From the NCBI GenBank assembly GCA_965115985.1, contig OZ220474.1, positions 3,172,504-3,236,503 on the forward strand: 64,000 bases of DNA, written 5' to 3'. Made by a program: the position numbers and the translations under genes. Positions 42,571 through 51,224 of the stretch are shown one piece after another. Every line of letters begins with the position of its first letter. The stretch's first letter is position 1. The DNA comes from Acidimicrobiales bacterium. Lineage in GTDB: Bacteria; Actinomycetota; Acidimicrobiia; Acidimicrobiales; Bin134. The notes below the pieces were generated by a model, which had not been told where the DNA came from, searched no databases, and worked only from the letters and a program-made list of their open reading frames with translations.

Positions 42571-43368
42571 TCAATCGGAGTCGTAACCGTAATCGACCAC
42601 GAAGTCGGTGCCCGGCAGCCCCGGCGTGACCATCCCCGCTCGCCAGCCGCCGTCCACGCTCAGCTCGGCCCCGGTCACGTACGACGCCTCGTCGCCGGCC
42701 AGGAACAGGGCGGCGTGGGCGATCTCGACCGGCTCGCCGATGCGGGGGATGGCCTGGAACTGGTACGGCTCCTTCTCGGCCCGGGGATCGTTGGTGGGGT
42801 TGCCCATCGGAGTGTTGACCCCGCCGGGGTGGATGGAGTTGACCCGGATGTCGAACCGCCCCCACTCGATGGCCGCGGTCTTGGTCATGCCCCGAATGGC
42901 CGACTTGGAGGCGGTGTAGCTGATGAGTCCGTTCTTGGACTGGAGGCCGTCGATGGAGCTGATGTTCACGATCGAGCCGCCACCCGCCATCCTCATGGGG
43001 GCCAGCACCGCCTTCATCCCCAGGAACGTACCCACCTGGTTTACATTGATCACCTTCATGTAATCGTCGAGGGTGGTGTCCTCGATGGCCGCGGGCATGA
43101 TGATGGCCGCGTTGTTCACCAGAACCCGGAGCGAGCCCATGGCGGTGGCGGTGGCCACCGCCGCGGCCCAGTCGGCCTCGCGGGACACGTCCAGATGCAC
43201 GTAGCGGGCCCGGTCGCCGATGTCGGCCGCCACTTGCTCGCCCTCCTGGTCGAGGACGTCGCCCAGCACCACCTTGGCCCCCTCGGAGGCGAACAGCCGA
43301 GCCTCGGCCTCGCCCTGCCCCCGGGCTGCTCCGGTGATGATCGCTACCTTGCCGTCCAAACGTCCCAT
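42571..43368 (-). CDS. SDR-family oxidoreductase (hydroxysteroid dehydrogenase-like)
   Basis: ITGAARGQG Rossmann motif and YTASKSAIRG catalytic motif. Confidence 0.85.
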   Translation of the reverse strand: MGRLDGKVAIITGAARGQGEAEARLFASEGAKVVLGDVLDQEGEQVAADIGDRARYVHLDVSREADWAAAVATATAMGSLRVLVNNAAIIMPAAIEDTTLDDYMKVINVNQVGTFLGMKAVLAPMRMAGGGSIVNISSIDGLQSKNGLISYTASKSAIRGMTKTAAIEWGRFDIRVNSIHPGGVNTPMGNPTNDPRAEKEPYQFQAIPRIGEPVEIAHAALFLAGDEASYVTGAELSVDGGWRAGMVTPGLPGTDFVVDYGYDSD

Positions 43369-43485
43369 CGTGACGAGATCTCCTTAGGTATCGAGGTATG
43401 GGCCCACGGCTCCCCGCGGCGGCCGAGCCATCACCCTAGCTGCCCCCATCGAAGCCACCCCAACCTGGGCCGGCCGCAGCCGCGG

Positions 43486-43637
43486 CCCGCAGCCGGCCTA
43501 CGAAGCCACTCGGGGCCTTACCGGCCGGTCGCTCATTCGTACAGTGCCCCGCAACCGGCCTACGAGGCCACTCGGGGCCTTACCGGCCGGTCGCTCATTC
43601 GTACAGTGCCCCGCAGCCGGCCTACGAAGCCACCCCC
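43486..43637. repeat. 2.5 x 62-bp tandem repeat carrying the DUF2236-gene stop
   Basis: Copies start at 43486, 43548 and 43610. The stop (cta 43622-43624) is in the copy nearest the gene and is repeated in the others. Confidence 0.95.
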
Positions 43638-44521
43638 GGTCGTTCGTCGCGAAACAGCCGTGGGTCGTAAGGAGCACCGCACCGATCCAGCGCCGCCTGC
43701 CAGGCCGGACTGTTCTTCATCACCCGGCGCAGTCCCAGTATCAGAGCAGTGCCGGCCACTCGGGCCCCGGGCACCGCCACCACCCCCAGAACCGAGGCGA
43801 GCTCGCGGGGGATGATGGTGACCGCTCCGTTCATCAGCACCTGATAGCCCGCTCGCTGGGCCGGAGGAATCGGGGGTCTCCGCAGAAATCCGATCGCATT
43901 TCGCATCCCCGGACTGGGGGCCAACCCGGGATGTCCGGTTATCCAGGCTCGCAGGTCGGCCGCAGTTGTCGGCAGCGGATCGGCTCCCAGCAACTCCCCC
44001 ACCCTCGTCTGCTCCGTCACGAACCGGTCGGCCTCCCCCACGGTCAGGCGACCTCCGAAACGCTGGTAGGCCTCCAGGAAGGAGTCGGTGAGGGTGTTGT
44101 GAACCCAGGCGGCCAACTCCGGGGTGGACGCACTGTAGGGCCGTCCCCGGTGCGATGTACCGCTCACCCCGCCGTGGGCCGACCTGACCTTGTCGATGGC
44201 CTCCTTCACTTCGGGCATCGCCCCGTAGGTGGCGGTGGTCACGTAGAACGACGTTCGACTGAGTCGGCCGAGCGGGTCGTCCCGGTAGCGGCTGTGATCC
44301 TCGACCCCGGCCACGACCTCGGGGTGGGCGGCCTGGATCAGAAGGGCTCGGATGCCGCCGACGAACACGCTGACGTCGCCGATCACCCGCCAACTGATCG
44401 AATCGGGACCGCACAGCCCTGGATCACCCTCGAACTCGCCGGTGCGCAGCAACGGGATTTCGTCGTGGGCGAACATCCCCCTCACCGAGTCGATGACCCG
44501 AGTTCTGGCCCGATGGAACAT
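43622..44521 (-). CDS. DUF2236 (MpaB/rubber-oxygenase-like) family protein
   Basis: GGIRALLIQAAHPEVVAGVEDHSRYRDDPLGRLSRT pattern typical of the DUF2236 family. Confidence 0.65.
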   Translation of the reverse strand: MFHRARTRVIDSVRGMFAHDEIPLLRTGEFEGDPGLCGPDSISWRVIGDVSVFVGGIRALLIQAAHPEVVAGVEDHSRYRDDPLGRLSRTSFYVTTATYGAMPEVKEAIDKVRSAHGGVSGTSHRGRPYSASTPELAAWVHNTLTDSFLEAYQRFGGRLTVGEADRFVTEQTRVGELLGADPLPTTAADLRAWITGHPGLAPSPGMRNAIGFLRRPPIPPAQRAGYQVLMNGAVTIIPRELASVLGVVAVPGARVAGTALILGLRRVMKNSPAWQAALDRCGAPYDPRLFRDERPGVAS

Positions 44522-44538
44522 GACCGAACCACCCTACC

Positions 44539-44656
44539 GTCACCCTCGAACCCCCCGGAATCGCGAATGAACGCCCCCACCCCCCGGTCGTCCCTGCGGT
44601 CGCCGTCACCCTCGAACCCCCCGGAATCGCGAATGAACGCCCCCACCCCCCGGTCG
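44539..44656. repeat. 1.8 x 66-bp tandem repeat in the divergent DUF2236/SMP-30 intergenic region
   Basis: Copies start at 44539 and 44605. Each contains an ATG (44566 and 44633). ATG 44633 is in frame with the SMP-30 gene. Confidence 0.95.
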
Positions 44657-44671
44657 CTATTGTCCTCCGGC

Positions 44672-45523
44672 ATGGAGATGCTTGCCCGGCCGGAGCCGTT
44701 CCTCGGTGGGATCGATTTCGGCGAAGGCCCCCGATGGCACGACGGTCGCCTTTGGTACTCGGACTTCTACCAGCAGACCGTCAACGCCGTGTCGCTGGAC
44801 GGCACGGTGGAGGTGATCGTCGATGTGCCGGGCCAGCCGTCGGGGTTGGGGTGGATGCCCGACGGTGACCTGCTGGTGGTGTCGATGCTGGATCGGCGAG
44901 TGCTGCGCTACGACGGGATCGTCCTTCGAGAACACGCCGATCTCTCGGCGGTGGCCACCTCCCATTGCAACGACATGACCGTGGACGGCGAGGGGCGGGC
45001 CTACGTGGGCAACTTCGGTTTCGACCTGCACGAGGGCGAGGACGTGGCCCCGGCCACGCTGGGGCTGGTGCAACCCGACGGCACCGTGGAGGTCTCGGTC
45101 GGGGGGTTGCTGTTTCCCAACGGGGCGGTGATCACCCCCGACGGCACCAGGTTCATCGTGGGCGAGAGCTTCGCGAGCCAGTTCACCGTGTTCGACATAG
45201 GAGCCGACGGTCGGCTGGGGAACCGACGGCCATGGGCGGCGGTGCCGGGAACCATCCCCGATGGTTGCTGCTACGACGTCGAGGGAGGCATCTGGTACGC
45301 CGACGCGGTGGGGCGCGCCGCCCAGCGGGTGATCGAGGGAGGGGAGATCACCCATCGGGTGGAGACCGAGCAGAACTGCTTCGCAGTCATGCTGGGGGGC
45401 GACGACCGTCGTACCCTGTTCCTGCTCACCGCACCGGGGTCCCATCCCGACGAGGTGAGGGGCCGGGGCCAGGCCCGGATAGAAACCGTCCCGGTGGATA
45501 TTCCCGGTGCCGGGCTGCCCTAG
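44672..45523 (+). CDS. SMP-30/gluconolactonase/LRE-family protein
   Basis: GEGPRWHDGRLWYSD, beta-propeller-like repeats and PDG(C/T) segments. An alternative start is 44633. Confidence 0.75.
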   Translation: MEMLARPEPFLGGIDFGEGPRWHDGRLWYSDFYQQTVNAVSLDGTVEVIVDVPGQPSGLGWMPDGDLLVVSMLDRRVLRYDGIVLREHADLSAVATSHCNDMTVDGEGRAYVGNFGFDLHEGEDVAPATLGLVQPDGTVEVSVGGLLFPNGAVITPDGTRFIVGESFASQFTVFDIGADGRLGNRRPWAAVPGTIPDGCCYDVEGGIWYADAVGRAAQRVIEGGEITHRVETEQNCFAVMLGGDDRRTLFLLTAPGSHPDEVRGRGQARIETVPVDIPGAGLP

Positions 45524-45600
45524 GAGGGCCGGGCCGCCCCCAGCCGGAGACCCCCGGCAAACAAGGGTGGGCAGAAGTATCGAGCAACGGCAGGAGTCAA

Positions 45601-45701
45601 AGGAGAGGAATATGAGATTCTCGGAAAAGGTGGCCCGCAAGGACGTCCTGGAGAACGGCCAACTCGGGGAGGCATCATGAGATTCTCGGGGAAGGTGGCC
45701 C
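45601..45701. repeat. Duplicated RBS+start region (period 65 bp) of the SDR gene
   Basis: ATGAGATTCTCGG(A/G)(A/G)AAGGTGGCCC occurs at 45612 and 45677, each preceded by a ggag-type RBS. The first copy opens a 22-codon ORF (45612-45680) ending in ATGA on the real start. Confidence 0.9.
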
Positions 45702-46435
45702 TGGTCACCGGGGCCGGGTCGGGAATCGGCCAGGCCACTGCGGCCCGGCTGGTGGGCGAGGGAGCGGTCGTGGTGGGCAGCGACGTCAGTTCGTCCGGCC
45801 TGGAGGAGACCGCGGGGATGATCGATGGGATGGTCGATGGAGCCGGGGGTTTCCATCCGGTGGTGTCCGACGTGCGCTCCCGGGAGGCCTGCCATGAGTT
45901 GGTGGCCTCGACCGTGGCCGAGCACGGGCAACTGGACGTGCTGTGCAACATCGCCGGGTTGGCCCGGAGCCATCGAGTGGGCGATGTGGATCAAGGCACC
46001 TGGGATCTGATCATGGAGGTGAACGTGGGCGGGGTGTTCTGGATGTCGCAGGCCGCGCTCCCCCACCTGGAGGCCTCCGGGGGGTGCATCGTGAACATGG
46101 CCTCCAACGCCGGGCAGATCGGGCAGGCCTACACCGTGCCCTACTGCGCCAGCAAGGGAGCGGTGATCTTGATGACCAAGGCCATGGCCATGGAGACCAT
46201 CCGCACCTCGGTGAGGATCAACGCCGTCGCTCCGGGTGGGGTGGACACCAACCTGGTGACGTCCTTCGGGTTTCCCGACGACCCGGACATGGAGCTGATG
46301 GGGCGATACATGGGCTTTCGAGGAATGGCCCAGGCCGACGACATCGCCTCGGCGGTGGCCTACCTGGCCTCCCCCGAGGCCCACCGCATCCACGGAGCGG
46401 TCCTGAACGTCGATGCCGGCTTGACCGCCGGATGA
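45677..46435 (+). CDS. SDR-family oxidoreductase
   Basis: VTGAGSGIG Rossmann motif and YCASKGAV catalytic motif. Confidence 0.85.
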   Translation: MRFSGKVALVTGAGSGIGQATAARLVGEGAVVVGSDVSSSGLEETAGMIDGMVDGAGGFHPVVSDVRSREACHELVASTVAEHGQLDVLCNIAGLARSHRVGDVDQGTWDLIMEVNVGGVFWMSQAALPHLEASGGCIVNMASNAGQIGQAYTVPYCASKGAVILMTKAMAMETIRTSVRINAVAPGGVDTNLVTSFGFPDDPDMELMGRYMGFRGMAQADDIASAVAYLASPEAHRIHGAVLNVDAGLTAG

Positions 46436-46595
46436 GCTGGGGTCCTGAACGTCGATGCCGGCTTGACCGCCGGATGAGCTGGGGTCCTGAACGTCGATGC
46501 CGGCTTGACCGCCGGATGAGCTGGGATCCTGCCGGTCGCCGGGTGTTGGTCACCGGATGAGCTGGGATCCCGCCGGTCGCCGGGTGCTGGTCACC
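46400..46595. repeat. Nested tandem duplications (3 x 42 bp, then 2 x 41 bp) around an ATGA junction between two SDR genes
   Basis: ggATGAgctggg occurs at 46430, 46472, 46514 and 46555. The first TGA (46433-46435) stops SDR 1. The last ATG (46557) starts SDR 2. Confidence 0.97.
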
Positions 46596-47348
46596 GGGGC
46601 CTCGTCGGGCATCGGGGCCGCCCTGGCGGTGGAGTTGGGCCGGGGCGGAGCCTTCGTGGGCCTGGCCGCCCGCCGGGGCGACCGCCTCCAGCAGGTTCTG
46701 TCCGAGGTACGGGCCGCGGGCGGCGACGGCTGCTGGTGGACGCTCGACCTGGCCGATCTCGACGAGGTGGCCCCCTTCGCGGCGCGGGCCTGGGCGGAGA
46801 TGGGCCCCATCGACGTGCTGGTCAACAACGCGGGTGCTCCTCGACGACGGTCGATGAAGAGGCTCACCCCCGAGGAGCTGGACGAGACGTTGGCAGTGAA
46901 CTTCACCGGCTCGGCCCGGCTCACCCTGGCTCTTTTGCCCCACATGCTGGAGCGGGACTCCGGGGACATCGTGAACGTGTCGTCCATGGGCACCCAGTCG
47001 ATGGCCTTCAGAACCGGGGCCTACGGCGCGGCCAAGGCCGCCATCAACCTGTTCACCGAGGGCCTGTACATGGATCTGGCCGGAACCGGTGTCCGGGCTC
47101 ATCTGTTCGTCCCCGGCAGCACCGCCACCGAGTTCTCCACCCCCAAACCGGGCAACGACCGCCCGTTCCCCCAGCCCGAAGGGGCTTCCATGGACCCGGT
47201 GGACGTGGCCCGAGCCCTGATCGCCAAACTGGGCACCGACGACTTCGAGGGCTTCGCCGCCCCCGATCTCGAAAAAACCGCCCAAGCCAAACGCTCCGAC
47301 CCCAACCACTACCTGACACAAATGCTCAACCACCTCTCCCGACGCTAA
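46557..47348 (+). CDS. SDR-family oxidoreductase
   Basis: VTGASSGIGAA Rossmann motif and YGAAKAAI catalytic motif. Confidence 0.85.
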   Translation: MSWDPAGRRVLVTGASSGIGAALAVELGRGGAFVGLAARRGDRLQQVLSEVRAAGGDGCWWTLDLADLDEVAPFAARAWAEMGPIDVLVNNAGAPRRRSMKRLTPEELDETLAVNFTGSARLTLALLPHMLERDSGDIVNVSSMGTQSMAFRTGAYGAAKAAINLFTEGLYMDLAGTGVRAHLFVPGSTATEFSTPKPGNDRPFPQPEGASMDPVDVARALIAKLGTDDFEGFAAPDLEKTAQAKRSDPNHYLTQMLNHLSRR

Positions 47349-47461
47349 GCCTTCATCATAGAGGTTATGGGGGTTAGGTAATGCGTGATGCCGCTTTTTA
47401 TGGACATACCACTGAGTTAGATTCTTGATATTTTATACATCCGTCACTAGGCAAATAAAAG

Positions 47462-48343
47462 CTAGAATGTGAGCAATAGGCGATCTGATACTTGTTCATC
47501 CTCGAGTGTCTCTCCACCACGCTGAAACCTCCGCAATTGAGAGACTCCACAATTAACAAAAGCCTCGCGTTCGAATAATCCATCCGGAAGCTCAAACTCA
47601 ATAGTTCGTTGTCCAGACTTTTTAGTTCCATCAATACTGAGCAAGACAGCTACACCTCGGTCTTTGCATTCGCTAATTACATGGACCAGACGATCCAGTT
47701 TAAAGGTCTGTGCGCCATATAGTATTGCTTGAGTATCGCTATACGGAGGATCGCAGTATACGACATCTCCAGCCTTAGTTTGGCTCATTGCTTCTTCAAA
47801 ATCACAATTGGTGAAGGTTGTACCAGATACTCGTCTCGTCCAAATATCGACACGATTATCAAAAGAAGCTGGAGTAACCGGATTATGCGGTCCGCACGGT
47901 GTAGACATGTAACCATCCGCTTGCCTGAAACGAACGACCCCTCCGTAGCAGGAACGCGTCAGAAATAAAAAATCAGCAGCGTTTGGCTCTGTGTTGTAAG
48001 AGGTCTTGATGTCCTCATAAACCTCTAGTTTATTTCCTGCTTCCATTCGATTCCAGCGCTCACGATACCAATTCTTCAAAGTCTCTGGGTCTATTCGGAG
48101 TGTCTTCCATATATCAATAAGCGGTTTGAAAGCGTCCGACCCGTAACCAACCTCTGGTGCCAGTGTCCCAAGAACTGCGCCACTGCCCAAGAATGGTTCA
48201 TGATAAGCATTCCTGTCCTCAGGGAAGTAAGAGACGATCTCATGGGCAAAGCGCTGCTTGTTTCCGATCCACTTCAGTAGTTGTGTCTTGAACGGCCGGA
48301 TCGCTGGGCGAACGTCGTCGATGTGGAAAGCGAGTTGATGCAT
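47462..48343 (-). CDS. Dam-like (D12 class) N6-adenine DNA methyltransferase
   Basis: LLKWIGNKQRF, motif I EPFLGSGAVLG, motif IV CDPPY. AT-rich gene. The ATG at 48343 is preferred over the TTG at 48373. Confidence 0.85.
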   Translation of the reverse strand: MHQLAFHIDDVRPAIRPFKTQLLKWIGNKQRFAHEIVSYFPEDRNAYHEPFLGSGAVLGTLAPEVGYGSDAFKPLIDIWKTLRIDPETLKNWYRERWNRMEAGNKLEVYEDIKTSYNTEPNAADFLFLTRSCYGGVVRFRQADGYMSTPCGPHNPVTPASFDNRVDIWTRRVSGTTFTNCDFEEAMSQTKAGDVVYCDPPYSDTQAILYGAQTFKLDRLVHVISECKDRGVAVLLSIDGTKKSGQRTIEFELPDGLFEREAFVNCGVSQLRRFQRGGETLEDEQVSDRLLLTF

Positions 48344-48406
48344 GTTCCCGAACCTAGCCGAGCAGTGCGACAACGATGGTGTCCACTCCGTTTAGAGAGC
48401 GACTCC

Positions 48407-48431
48407 CTGGTCATCGTAGCACGATGACCAG
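48407..48431. promoter_or_regulatory. Perfect 11-bp inverted repeat with 3-nt spacer upstream of the methylase gene
   Basis: ctggtcatcgt-agc-acgatgaccag was read directly from the sequence. It could be an operator or a hairpin. The function is unknown. Confidence 0.4.
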
Positions 48432-48463
48432 GCACGATGGCCGATGCATTGTCAGCGGCGACC

Positions 48464-48600
48464 TGGTGTGGCCCCGGTTTGGTGGGCACCTGATTCAGGG
48501 TGTGGGTGCTGTGACCTGGAGGGAGGATGTCCGTGTGGGTCGTGCGTCCGAGTGCTCGTCGGGGTTCCATCGAGGGACGGCTGGTCAGGCGGCTTCGCTT
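48464..48600 (+). mobile_element. Remnant of an IS3-family element (terminal IR plus 5' orfA region)
   Basis: tggtgtggccccggtttggtgggcacctgatt resembles the IR of the intact IS at 24309-25588. The following sequence resembles its orfA start (GTGGGTCGTGCGTCCGAG vs ATGGGTCGTGTGTCGAAG). No transposase body follows. Confidence 0.5.
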
Positions 48601-48753
48601 GTCAGCACCGGGAGTCTCGTTCGATGCGAGCAAACTGCCTGGTAGAAGCACACGCCCGCCGCTGCTGGTCTCGAAGTGCCAGCAGGGTGGATGGTCCAAT
48701 GAACCAAAGAATCCTGAATTGGGATATCTTAGAATCGGGTCTAGACAAAGGGC

Positions 48754-48993
48754 GTGGAGAAAAGCATCGGAACCGCAGAGCATGCCGCGCTGGCAGCTTT
48801 GCTCCGAAGGCTGCGGGTCGAAGCTGGACTTCGACAATCCGAACTCGCAGAACTTCTTGAGGAACCTCAGTCCTTCGTCAGCAAGTACGAGTCGGGTGAG
48901 CACCGACTTGATCTAGTGGAGTTAAGGACAATTGCGCTTCACTTGGGTCTGGATATCATCGAACTATCACGCAAGTTTGAGAGATCTTTGTGA
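48754..48993 (+). CDS. XRE-family HTH protein, controller (C) protein candidate of the R-M cassette
   Basis: LRRLRVEAGLRQSELAELL..SFVSKYESGEHRLDLVEL is an HTH_3 pattern. 79 aa. Its stop overlaps the GTG of the downstream endonuclease candidate (GTGA). Confidence 0.7.
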   Translation: MEKSIGTAEHAALAALLRRLRVEAGLRQSELAELLEEPQSFVSKYESGEHRLDLVELRTIALHLGLDIIELSRKFERSL

Positions 48994-49811
48994 AACCACA
49001 CGATGAGTTTTTCAACCGAGAGAAGAGTTTCTGGGCGCACGTGCGTGCTATCAGCGAAACAGTTGGCTATACCAAGCGTGGGAGTGGGCTAGTAAAGGCT
49101 CCAACGGAGAATGAAATAAAAAGTGCTCTAGACAAGCGCGGTCTAGATGGGTCACGCACTTTATATAATGGCCTAGCTTTGGATTTGTACGCTTACTTCC
49201 AATATCGATCGAAAGTTCTAAATGAGGAGGTTGAAGGGCTCCTGATGGATGCTGATGAAGCAGAGAAACTGTTTGAAGAGCAGCACAATCTGCTGAGTCC
49301 AACCTGTCCAATCCCGATGAATAAACAAAAGGGCAAGATGAAAAAGCCAGCGTTTCTGACAGGACTTGTCAATATGCTTGTGGAAGCACATATCAATGGA
49401 ATGCCTTGCGACTATGATCCACGCTCCCTAACAACATTTACCAAAGACGGGGCACCACTTAGGACGCTCGCGAGACGTGTCGACGGTGCGTTTCCTTCTA
49501 CAGTTAATCCAAAGGCTATTTGGGAGATCAAAGAGTACTACTACACCACTACGTTCGGGAGCAGAGTTGCAGATGGTGTTTATGAGACTCTACTGGACGG
49601 AATGGAACTCGAAGAACTTCGGATGAACGAGGGCGTTAAGGTTCATCACTACTTGATGGTTGATAGTTACTACACGTGGTGGGAGTGTGGACGATCCTAT
49701 CTTTGCAGAATAATAGATATGCTTAATATGGGTCTTGTAGATGAAGTTCTTTTTGGCCGAGAGGTTGTGTCAGAACTGCCCCGTATCGTCCGTGGGTGGC
49801 TCACGGAATAA
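48990..49811 (+). CDS. Type II restriction endonuclease candidate (PD-(D/E)XK-like)
   Basis: AT-rich 273-codon ORF. VDGAFPS..x10..WEIKEY fits a D...(D/E)xK core. It is translationally coupled to the HTH gene and divergent from the methylase. No specific family was recognised. Confidence 0.5.
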   Translation: MKPHDEFFNREKSFWAHVRAISETVGYTKRGSGLVKAPTENEIKSALDKRGLDGSRTLYNGLALDLYAYFQYRSKVLNEEVEGLLMDADEAEKLFEEQHNLLSPTCPIPMNKQKGKMKKPAFLTGLVNMLVEAHINGMPCDYDPRSLTTFTKDGAPLRTLARRVDGAFPSTVNPKAIWEIKEYYYTTTFGSRVADGVYETLLDGMELEELRMNEGVKVHHYLMVDSYYTWWECGRSYLCRIIDMLNMGLVDEVLFGREVVSELPRIVRGWLTE

Positions 49812-49833
49812 CTGTCCAAATATCCACCTCTTG

Positions 49834-51195
49834 TCACCAGTCGATTCTTGAGAATGTGCGGCCGGGGAACAGGTTCACCACGGGCTTCCAGAGGTGTTCC
49901 AGGCGCCGGGCTCGGCGAGCCAGATAGCGGAGCACTTCGACCTCGTGGTCGGGCCCCCAGGACTTGATGGCTTGGTCCAACTCCATCAATCCATCCTTGA
50001 GGGTGGTGGCCCGTCGGCCGGTCAGGGTGGCGATCTCGTCCAACTCGACCTCGGCCAGCCGGGGGCCGAGTTGGGTTCGGCGGTCGAGGCACTCCACCAA
50101 TAATCCGGCGTGCTCCAGGCGGTGGCGGGGAAAGTCGCCGACCACTGCGGGCAGCACCTCGTCGCGCAGGTTGGCGGCTATCACCCCCTCGAGAGAGGGC
50201 ATCGTCTCGACCTCGGGCAACTCGGGGCGCTCCAGCTCGGTTCCCATGGCGTCGGCGAGCGCCTCGCAGGTGGCCCGTTCGCAGATGTAGCGGTAGGCCC
50301 GGTTCATGCCGTTGGGCATCTGGGGGTCGTTGATCTCGGTGATTCGGGCCAGCGACACGATGGAGCGCACGAACTGCTGCACCCGGTAGTAGCGCACCGA
50401 GTCGAGACGCACCGGGAAACCCGACAGCTCCTCGTAGCGGCGAAACACCGGGCCGAGGCCCTCCTCGGGGGTCGAGGGGCAGTAGAACTCCCGGGCGCAT
50501 ATGTTGCCCAGATCCTCCATCGGATCGCCGAAATGGGCCCACTCCCAGTCCACGATGGCGCTCACTCGGCCCTGGTGGAACATGAAGTTGGCCGGTCCGG
50601 TGTCGCCCTGCAACAGACACACCCGGTCGAGGTGCTCGGGCACGTGGTTCCTCAGCCACTGGAGCGAGAACGTGTACAGCGGATCGACCACCATGTCGTC
50701 GAGGAACCGTTCCACGAACTCGACCTCGCCCAACGCGCACTCCGCCGAAGTGGTGGGAACGGCCATGTGGTCGAGACCCAGCGAGTCGGGGGCCAGCGAG
50801 TGGAGCAGAACCAACTGCTGCACGAAATCCTCCAACACCGTGGCCTGCTCCTCGGGATCGGCGTTGTCCAGGTCGGCCCGGCCCACCATCCGCTCGTGCA
50901 GTGCGGCCTGGAGCTGCTCGTTCCAGGCGCATATGGCGGGCACCTTCAACCCGGACTCGGCCAGTGCCGTCTGCACCTTGGCCTCGTGCTTCACCGAGTG
51001 GGTGCCGCTGCCGTCGCCCTCGCGATCCAGCCGCAGGAAGTACTCGGCCACCGAATCATCGGGACGGGTGACGTCCACCACCCAGGCCTCCCGCCGGGCG
51101 ATGTGGCGCTCCAGCCGGGTGATCCGGCCGCCTCCCGCCTCGGCGATCCAGTCGGTCGTCCCGTCGGGCAGATCGTGATTCAACTCTTCGGCCAT
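49834..51195 (-). CDS. Phosphotransferase (APH/choline-kinase-like) family protein
   Basis: LLQGDTGPANFMF and IVDWEWAHFGDPMEDL motifs (Brenner and DxD-type). Confidence 0.8.
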   Translation of the reverse strand: MAEELNHDLPDGTTDWIAEAGGGRITRLERHIARREAWVVDVTRPDDSVAEYFLRLDREGDGSGTHSVKHEAKVQTALAESGLKVPAICAWNEQLQAALHERMVGRADLDNADPEEQATVLEDFVQQLVLLHSLAPDSLGLDHMAVPTTSAECALGEVEFVERFLDDMVVDPLYTFSLQWLRNHVPEHLDRVCLLQGDTGPANFMFHQGRVSAIVDWEWAHFGDPMEDLGNICAREFYCPSTPEEGLGPVFRRYEELSGFPVRLDSVRYYRVQQFVRSIVSLARITEINDPQMPNGMNRAYRYICERATCEALADAMGTELERPELPEVETMPSLEGVIAANLRDEVLPAVVGDFPRHRLEHAGLLVECLDRRTQLGPRLAEVELDEIATLTGRRATTLKDGLMELDQAIKSWGPDHEVEVLRYLARRARRLEHLWKPVVNLFPGRTFSRIDW

Positions 51196-51224
51196 CCCGA
51201 TGGCTTACCACAGCGATTACCGGG

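Noticed and set aside
47398-47634. 78-aa minus-strand ORF at the 3' end of the methylase region.
   Set aside because: It overlaps the methylase C-terminus out of frame and has no motif.
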